Origin: a virus
Strand: one strand, 5' to 3'
DNA: 64,000 bases
IMG/VR virus record: IMGVR_UViG_3300030117_007745
Coordinates: 48,655-112,654 of that record
Part shown: one piece after another, positions 40,411 to 46,761 of the stretch
Layout of the letters: each line of letters opens with the position of its first letter
Numbering within the stretch: position 1 is the first letter of the stretch
Notes under the pieces: model-generated
Database searches by the model: none
Seen by the model: the letters and a program-made list of their open reading frames with translations, nothing else
Told to the model about the DNA's origin: nothing
Program-made: the position numbers and the translations under genes

Positions 40411-40761
40411 TTATAATATAATATTCTTCTGGAGATGGTCTCCTGCCTTTCTCATATCAGTTTCTAATTTATGAAGATAAGCTGCTATTAATATAAATCT
40501 AGCAACAAAATCTATTTCAGTTTTTGATAGGATTGTACCAAAAATTCTACCTTCTTTGTTTTCATGATAATAAACAGTATTGAACATATACTGCTCTGTT
40601 TGAATTCCCACTCTCTCAGCTAAATCTTTATAAGATTGATGGCAAAATTTGCATTCATTCACCCAGACATTAGAATGCCTTCTTACTTGTGAATAATCTT
40701 GTGCTTGTGCAGCAAAAGGAAGGAAAAAAAGAATAGAAATAAATTTTACAATGTTCTTCAT
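40411..40761 (-). CDS. Exported cytochrome c-like protein
   Basis: Signal peptide ending AQA; CKFCH haem-binding motif; LSKTEIDFVARFI C-terminal helix. Confidence 0.55.
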   Translation of the reverse strand: MKNIVKFISILFFLPFAAQAQDYSQVRRHSNVWVNECKFCHQSYKDLAERVGIQTEQYMFNTVYYHENKEGRIFGTILSKTEIDFVARFILIAAYLHKLETDMRKAGDHLQKNIIL

Positions 40762-40781
40762 TAGAACATAATAACCTATTT

Positions 40782-41933
40782 TTATTTTAATTTCAAGAAC
40801 TTTTTTAATTCTTCTATTCTTTTCTTTGGAGACTTTAATCCTCCAACAATTGTATAAGCAACCAACTTTTCTCTTTCAGGATCTTCATAGATTCCCCTGT
40901 GAATGATTGCTCCACCAGTTAAGGTAGCCAAAGTATCGAACCCATATTCAATATTATCCATGAGGCCGGGAACTGTTTCATATAGCTCTGTACCACCAAC
41001 AATAATAGATGCGGCACCCTTTGCAGAGGTTAAATCAAAACCGCTAGCGAGGAGTGTTTTTTCTAAGTTATTACGGAGGCCCTGAGAAACTGAAGTTGGG
41101 CTTTCTGGATCTTTGATTGTTGTAGCGCCAAAAATCATGCAACCAGCTGTTTTCATAATACTTTCATAGTCCGCTGGATCAAACACTGTATAATCAGAGT
41201 TTTTTGTGCATAACAAATTAAAAATATGAAAAAGGCCGGCAACTGTATTGTTGAGCGTTGGCCAAAATTGCTTAACTGTTAGTTTAGAGTATAATTTTTT
41301 AATTTTATCATTATCGATAATTATTAAAGGAGCGAACTTTCCTTTTTCTGCTTGATCACAAAGTTCTGTCATCCTATTGTAAGAATTTTCAGCCACAATT
41401 GGGGATGCACATTCTCCTGTCGTTGGAAGAGAGGCAATAACTCCAACTCTTTCATTTGGATTTTCCACTCCAATATAAGTGAAATATCTTTTTGCGGTAT
41501 CCAATAGAGACATGACACTACCGCCGCCTGTTCCACCGCCAACACCAACGCAAATTAAAATACGGTCGATGTTATCTCCAAAAATTTCTTTGAATTTATT
41601 AAATATTTCTTGGCTTCTGTCATCGAATGCTTCCTTTGAGACGGCATGATTCTTGCCGGCACCGGAAGCGCCTTCATAAACCAAATGGTGTTTGTGGTTT
41701 TCTGGAAGTCCTAAGTGTGTAAGATCAGATTTGGCCAAATTAAATGCAATTGTCTTTCTATATCCTAAATCAAAGAATGCTTTTGCCATTCTTCCGCCAC
41801 CTTGACCGGATCCAACAATACCATAGCGAATGGCTCCTCCGCTTTCGTCTTCCACAAGATCCATCTTTGATTGTTCAATCTCTTCAACATCAATATCTTC
41901 AATATCTAAAGTAGGCAAATTTAAATCATTCAT
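40782..41933 (-). CDS. Tubulin/FtsZ-family GTPase (PhuZ/TubZ/CetZ-like)
   Basis: GSGQGGGR, GAGK, GGGTGGG signature, IIDND, FDPADY T7 loop. Confidence 0.85.
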   Translation of the reverse strand: MNDLNLPTLDIEDIDVEEIEQSKMDLVEDESGGAIRYGIVGSGQGGGRMAKAFFDLGYRKTIAFNLAKSDLTHLGLPENHKHHLVYEGASGAGKNHAVSKEAFDDRSQEIFNKFKEIFGDNIDRILICVGVGGGTGGGSVMSLLDTAKRYFTYIGVENPNERVGVIASLPTTGECASPIVAENSYNRMTELCDQAEKGKFAPLIIIDNDKIKKLYSKLTVKQFWPTLNNTVAGLFHIFNLLCTKNSDYTVFDPADYESIMKTAGCMIFGATTIKDPESPTSVSQGLRNNLEKTLLASGFDLTSAKGAASIIVGGTELYETVPGLMDNIEYGFDTLATLTGGAIIHRGIYEDPEREKLVAYTIVGGLKSPKKRIEELKKFLKLK

Positions 41934-41961
41934 AGTAATCTCCTAATGATAATATAGTACA

Positions 41962-41970
41962 ATAAATAGT
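41962..41970 (-). promoter_or_regulatory. Candidate late promoter motif ACTATTTAT
   Basis: 28 nt upstream of the tubulin ATG, with an AGGAG SD in between. Confidence 0.5.
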
Positions 41971-41987
41971 TTGAAATTTTAAAATAA

Positions 41988-42464
41988 TTATTTTGAATGC
42001 TTATCTGCAATTGAAGCAGCAGCGAAAGCGTAAGGCTTTATTCTACATTCGTAACCAGAGCCTTTAACATAGCCAACCAACATGTTGGCGAGATGACTAG
42101 TTCCTTCGTTATTTTCTTGAGGACTTATATCTAGATGAAGTTCTAATTTTGCAGAGGGTATCAATTCTATAATGTTATTTGCTAAAATTATGGTATTTTC
42201 TGCTTCTTTTATCATTCTAATGCTTAATTCTGGAAATTTCTTCTTATTTAGTCTAGTTTTTGTATAGAAATATCTACCACCTTGTTGATTATCTGCTCCA
42301 TATAAACAGATAGCAGTAGAAAATATACATTTATTTTTTATAAAAAAAGAATCAGTACCAATATAAACAGTACCATTATACTTGCAGTGTATTTTAATCT
42401 GTTCTATAATATCATTAAATTGTATGATATCTTTAGAACCAGTATTCCAAGTAGTTTTTAACAT
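41988..42464 (-). CDS. RNase H-like YkuK/DUF458 family protein
   Basis: YIGTDS, ELHLDI, KPYAFAAASIAD. Confidence 0.75.
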   Translation of the reverse strand: MLKTTWNTGSKDIIQFNDIIEQIKIHCKYNGTVYIGTDSFFIKNKCIFSTAICLYGADNQQGGRYFYTKTRLNKKKFPELSIRMIKEAENTIILANNIIELIPSAKLELHLDISPQENNEGTSHLANMLVGYVKGSGYECRIKPYAFAAASIADKHSK

Positions 42465-42471
42465 GCTAATA

Positions 42472-42480
42472 ATAACTAGT
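42472..42480 (-). promoter_or_regulatory. Candidate late promoter motif ACTAGTTAT
   Basis: 7 nt upstream of the ATG at 42464. Confidence 0.4.
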
Positions 42481-42530
42481 AATTAGTTGTTTTGAGGGTA
42501 ACACAGTAATTTTCCAAAGTCAAATAAAAA

Positions 42531-42875
42531 ATGAAAAAACAATCAAAAAATAAAAAAAGTTACAGCATTATTAGAAAGTTACGCAACGAAGGAAAACTAC
42601 CAGAAGAAGCTGAAATATTTCTCTCTAACATATCATTAGAAGATTTGATCGGTTTAAAATTAGAATTGGCCAGTAAACCAATCGGAGGAAAGCTGTTTGG
42701 AATTCCAATTTGGAAATCAATACCATTTATTGTTAGAGATGCTCTTCTAAAAACTGCTATTTCAGTTTGCAAAACAAAAATAGAAGCTGCTAATTTCTTA
42801 GGAATGGATGTCGATAAATTAGACAAACTCCTCAGAAAGTATAATACAAAAGATTTTTTTGAAAAAAACGATTGA
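42531..42875 (+). CDS. Fis-like helix-turn-helix protein
   Basis: C-terminal KTKIEAANFLGMDVDKLDKLLRKY resembles the Fis HTH. Confidence 0.5.
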   Translation: MKKQSKNKKSYSIIRKLRNEGKLPEEAEIFLSNISLEDLIGLKLELASKPIGGKLFGIPIWKSIPFIVRDALLKTAISVCKTKIEAANFLGMDVDKLDKLLRKYNTKDFFEKND

Positions 42876-42899
42876 CATATTATCATAAACCTGTATAGT
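42872..42899 (+). promoter_or_regulatory. Sigma70-type promoter upstream of the structured RNA and tmRNA
   Basis: TTGACA-N16-TATAGT. Confidence 0.6.
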
Positions 42900-42907
42900 T
42901 ATGATTA

Positions 42908-43066
42908 GGAAGTTGAAAGGCGTTACTTATAACAATAATAGAGGTTAACCTTCCAAGCCCTTAACGAAGGGGATAAATATTGAAGAAGGGATAGCACGAC
43001 GGCTCTGCGAGTATCCGTTCGCTTTTTAACAATGCCCCCTCGTTGGCTTAGGATGGCGAGGGGGCA
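42908..43066 (+). ncRNA. Unidentified structured RNA or leader (four predicted hairpins)
   Basis: GGAAG/CTTCC, CCCTT/AAGGG, GGATA/TATCC, and a 10-bp TGCCCCCTCG/CGAGGGGGCA stem in a non-coding gap. Confidence 0.4.
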
Positions 43067-43082
43067 AAGTTCTTTGAAATAT

Positions 43083-43407
43083 GGGGGTGTACAGGTTTCG
43101 ACTGGGTAGTGAAACTAATGTGTGCAAGGCAGAGGGCAGCGAAGGTCTCTGTAAAAACGCTGAAATTAATAAGTGCAAATACTGACACTTACTCTGAATA
43201 CGCACTAGCTGCGTAATCGGGGGTAGCCATACCTTCTTAACCAAAATGGCATATGGTTTCTTATTTCCTAAAAATGAGTGGTGCGAAAGAAGGCTTGTGG
43301 AAAATAAATTGTCTGTGTTGTTTTCCAGTATTTTACAGACTAACCTTGTGAACGACTCATTAGCAGAGTTATTTAGGACGGGGGTTCGATTCCCCCCACC
43401 TCCACCA
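43083..43407 (+). ncRNA. ssrA: tmRNA; tag reading frame 43175-43216 encodes ANTDTYSEYALAA*
   Basis: GGGGGTG/CACCTCC-A-CCA acceptor stem with G3.U70, GGTTTCGAC, T-arm GGTTCGATTCC, resume codon GCA, tag ending YALAA. Confidence 0.95.
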
Positions 43408-43425
43408 ACTTTTTATATTTTATCA

Positions 43426-43434
43426 ACTATTTAC
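43426..43434 (+). promoter_or_regulatory. Candidate late promoter motif ACTATTTAC
   Basis: 4 nt upstream of the ATG at 43439. Confidence 0.5.
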
Positions 43435-43438
43435 ATTC

Positions 43439-44575
43439 ATGAGCAATATACACAAAAATTGGAAAGAATTTATTATAAATGAGGCTGGTTTAAATAAAAT
43501 TAGGCAAGATATGTCTGATTATGATACAGCCTTTATTACAGCATTTCGTGGCGATATAAATGACAAAACTATGTGCGTTTATACACCTCCTTCAGAAGAA
43601 GAACTATCCGAAAGAGATAAAATGGGAAAAAGAGGCAAGAGCAACAAAAGAAACAATAAAGAACTCTCAGCTTTTCTTCTTAGTCAAGGATACGGTATCA
43701 AGAATGTTCAAGGTTCTTATATTGAGAATTTTGGATCTATTGACCCAGAAAAGATCCCCAGAGAAGTTAAAGAAGCAAGTTTCTTTGTTACTAACTTAAA
43801 AAATGACCCTGAATTTGCGGAACAAATAATAAATCTTGGAAAAAGATTTTGTCAGGATTCGGTCATTGTTGTTCCAAAGGGAGAAGAAGGATACATTTAT
43901 GGAACAAACAAAAGTAAATACCCCGGACTAGACCAAAAAGAAACTGTTGGTAAATTTATGGGCGGCGAAACTGGAGAATTTATGTCTCGTATAGGTGGCC
44001 GGCCCTTTGTTATGAAGGAAGATGAAGAAACGCAGACATATGAGGATTTTCCCGGAAAACAGAGGCAAGCCATAAAAATTATGGCCAATAGAACAGATAG
44101 AGAAATAAACGAAATGCACATGGTGTATAATATAAGTGAAGCAGATTTATCAGCCTATGATAATAGCGGAAAGACCACTCTATATCATTACGCACCAGTT
44201 GATTCTGAAGATATAAAAGTTGATCCTAGTATGTTTGGAAAGCAATCTTATTCTAGAAGAGAAAAAGAAAGGTCCACATATCCTAGATCTTTCTTTTATG
44301 TAAATTTAGATCAAGCCGAGAGTCAAGTAAAACAGGGCAGTACTCTATATTCCCTTAACATTCCAACCAATAAGTTGTATAGTATAAAAAGTGATCCAGA
44401 TGGGCTGGTAAAATCTATAAGGCATCCCACGTATGGTTTTAGAAATGATATCGAATGGACTGAACTTTTTGAAACAATACATGAAAATTACCTTGGCGCT
44501 TATTATTCTACCCCCTCTATGGACCTTGTGGTTCTGTTTGAGCCAATTACAGCGAGCAAGATGGAGAAAGAATGA
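43439..44575 (+). CDS. Two-domain hypothetical protein; C-terminal domain possibly ADP-ribosyltransferase-like
   Basis: Leader WKEFIINE; domain 1 has FITAFRG...QDSV; after ISE, TLYHY...RSFFYV. Confidence 0.55.
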   Translation: MSNIHKNWKEFIINEAGLNKIRQDMSDYDTAFITAFRGDINDKTMCVYTPPSEEELSERDKMGKRGKSNKRNNKELSAFLLSQGYGIKNVQGSYIENFGSIDPEKIPREVKEASFFVTNLKNDPEFAEQIINLGKRFCQDSVIVVPKGEEGYIYGTNKSKYPGLDQKETVGKFMGGETGEFMSRIGGRPFVMKEDEETQTYEDFPGKQRQAIKIMANRTDREINEMHMVYNISEADLSAYDNSGKTTLYHYAPVDSEDIKVDPSMFGKQSYSRREKERSTYPRSFFYVNLDQAESQVKQGSTLYSLNIPTNKLYSIKSDPDGLVKSIRHPTYGFRNDIEWTELFETIHENYLGAYYSTPSMDLVVLFEPITASKMEKE

Positions 44576-44850
44576 AAACAGGTGACATAGTATTTCAGAA
44601 TTACTCTGGGATACACAGATACGGAAAAGTTATCGAAAAAAAAGAAAATCTAAAAGGTGATGGCTGGGCTTGGTTTTCTATTAATTGGGTTAATGATGAA
44701 AAATATATTGATGCTCAAAAATGGAAAGCGAGACTAAGAGGTTTGAATGATAACGCATACCTTCCAAAGTATTATCGCGCAGACGATATCCAACTAATAG
44801 ACCTTAACAAAACACTAAGAACTCTAATAAATTTAAAAGAAGCGTCATGA
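44572..44850 (+). CDS. Hypothetical protein (SH3/KOW-like start)
   Basis: MKTGDIV...YGKV; ATGA overlaps with both neighbours. Confidence 0.55.
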   Translation: MKTGDIVFQNYSGIHRYGKVIEKKENLKGDGWAWFSINWVNDEKYIDAQKWKARLRGLNDNAYLPKYYRADDIQLIDLNKTLRTLINLKEAS

Positions 44851-45707
44851 AACAATATACACTTAGAAGCGGAGACAAAGGCCAAGAAGTTAAGAAATTA
44901 CAGTTGGCCATCGGAAACCTATTAGCAGATGGTGATTTTGGCCCCGCTACCGAAAATGCTGTAAAAAACTATCAATCAAGCCACAACTTAGTTGCTGATG
45001 GAATTGCAGGAGTTAAAACTTTAACTTCATTAGAAATTCCAGTGGAAATAGGAGTAGATCTTAGCCGCCACAATGGCGATGTTGACTTCGAGACCATGGC
45101 AAGAGCAGGCGTAAAATACGCTTGGATTAAGTGCTCAGAGGGTACAACGCACGTAAATCCGGGTTACGAATTAAAGTTTAGACAAGCTAGAGAAGCCGGC
45201 ATACAGGTCGGTGGATATCATTTTTCTAGACCAGATACATATCCTAGTTTACAGGATGCTATTGATGAATCCCTCAACTTCCTAGGCGCTCTTTCAAAAG
45301 TTGGCTTTTATAAAGGAGACTTACTGCCTGTTTTAGACGTTGAAGATGGATTAAAGACTGATGATAAGTATAATGTTGAATGGACGCTAAAATGGCTTGC
45401 ATCTGTTGAAAAATCTTTAGGTGTTCGACCTGTAATATATACTGGAAAATGGGCCTACGATCTTTATTTAAGAAATGGAGACCCTGACCATCTACAAGAA
45501 TTGAAGACTTATCCTCTTTGGGTAGCATCTTACAATGATGGAATAGAACCAGAAAGAATGGTTAGCCTTTGGGATGAATGGGATGTGTGGCAGTGGACAG
45601 GAGAAGGTCAAGTTCCCGGTGTTAAAGGAAAATGTGATATAAACTGGGCTGCTGGAGGTGTTTTGCCAACGCTGACTTATAAAAGAGAAATTAATATATG
45701 CGGCTAA
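44847..45707 (+). CDS. Endolysin: PG-binding domain + GH25 muramidase
   Basis: LRSGDKG..VKKLQ...DGDFGPATENAV; GVDLSRHNG, IKCSEG, GGYHF, LDVE, WQWT. Confidence 0.9.
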   Translation: MKQYTLRSGDKGQEVKKLQLAIGNLLADGDFGPATENAVKNYQSSHNLVADGIAGVKTLTSLEIPVEIGVDLSRHNGDVDFETMARAGVKYAWIKCSEGTTHVNPGYELKFRQAREAGIQVGGYHFSRPDTYPSLQDAIDESLNFLGALSKVGFYKGDLLPVLDVEDGLKTDDKYNVEWTLKWLASVEKSLGVRPVIYTGKWAYDLYLRNGDPDHLQELKTYPLWVASYNDGIEPERMVSLWDEWDVWQWTGEGQVPGVKGKCDINWAAGGVLPTLTYKREINICG

Positions 45708-45976
45708 CATCTAAGAGAATAAGCAAACAAGATATAGACGAAGTTAAAGATTGGTCAGAGGATCACGCTCTTTATTGTTCTAAAATATGGGGAGTTGATT
45801 TTAATTTTGAGAAATATGATTCAGAGGTCCAAACTTTTTATATAAGAGACTTGCAGATAAAAGGTAGAGAAGAGTTACAATTTCGTCACTTATTTGAGCT
45901 AGAAGAGAAGATTCAAGCTAAGTTTGGCAAGAGATACAGAGTCGGCATAATATACGAGAATGCGCCACTAGAATAG
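45698..45976 (+). CDS. Hypothetical protein
   Basis: 92-aa ORF overlapping the endolysin stop. Confidence 0.5.
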   Translation: MRLTSKRISKQDIDEVKDWSEDHALYCSKIWGVDFNFEKYDSEVQTFYIRDLQIKGREELQFRHLFELEEKIQAKFGKRYRVGIIYENAPLE

Positions 45977-45988
45977 AAATGTGGGATA

Positions 45989-46726
45989 CTATAAGTCTGC
46001 GATGTCTGCTAAGTCTGTATCATCAGCTTCAGGAGGAGTTGTCTCGCCAGAAGGAATTCCGCCCGGAGCCTCAACAGATGGCTGGATTTCGTCTTCAAAC
46101 TTCTTGAAATAAAGATCCAAGTTCATAAGTAGTCCATCATAAAATGCTTTAATATCTGATGAATTGTGCAAAGTCTTATAGGCTTCAACGATTTGAGTTT
46201 CAACTTTGTTAAACGTTTCATATGCCTTATCACGTCCAGTTAAATCTTCGCCCTCAATACCAAAGTCCTCTTTTCCTAATTCATCTTTATCTTTTCTTAC
46301 ATCTTTCATATCTTCCGGACTGTCAGAACCTATATCTATATCTATATCTTCGCTCATTTGATCTGAGTTGTCCAAGGCCCTAAGAGGTGCTAATGTATTC
46401 TCAACGGCTTTTAGCATGTGTGCAGAGAAAGAATCTCTTTGTTCTTTTGAAGATGCCAATTCCTTATATCCCGTTTCTATTGTTTTGAGGATATTGTCAA
46501 ATAATGTATTAAGAGTATTGAGACCAGTGTTGTCATAAGGAGAATCCTCAGTATCCCCAATTTCATCTTCCATAATAAGATTTCTTACGATTTTACGAAG
46601 TCTCATTTCTTCAGCTAAATATTGATCAGACTCTTTTTGTCTTCTAGATTCTACAATTTTTATAGCTTTGCGAACAAGCTTGCGAAGTCTGAGTTCTTCA
46701 ACTATCTCTTCTCTATCAATATACAT
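45989..46726 (-). CDS. Acidic hypothetical protein (prohead core/internal-protein-like)
   Basis: Duplicated EE[L/M]RLRK[L/I]VR motif; AGGAG SD; upstream ACTATTTAG. Confidence 0.55.
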   Translation of the reverse strand: MYIDREEIVEELRLRKLVRKAIKIVESRRQKESDQYLAEEMRLRKIVRNLIMEDEIGDTEDSPYDNTGLNTLNTLFDNILKTIETGYKELASSKEQRDSFSAHMLKAVENTLAPLRALDNSDQMSEDIDIDIGSDSPEDMKDVRKDKDELGKEDFGIEGEDLTGRDKAYETFNKVETQIVEAYKTLHNSSDIKAFYDGLLMNLDLYFKKFEDEIQPSVEAPGGIPSGETTPPEADDTDLADIADL

Positions 46727-46747
46727 TTATTAGTTCTCCTTAATAAC

Positions 46748-46756
46748 CTAAATAGT
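46748..46756 (-). promoter_or_regulatory. Candidate late promoter motif ACTATTTAG
   Basis: 21 nt upstream of the ATG at 46726, with an SD in between. Confidence 0.45.
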
Positions 46757-46761
46757 GTTGA

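Noticed and set aside
42940-42995. Twister-ribozyme-like words (CAAGCCC, GGATAAA)
   Set aside because: The required stems and pseudoknots could not be formed by eye; kept only as an unidentified structured RNA.
43026-43482. ORFs 43026-43244(-) and 43246-43482(+)
   Set aside because: They overlap the tmRNA and are spurious.
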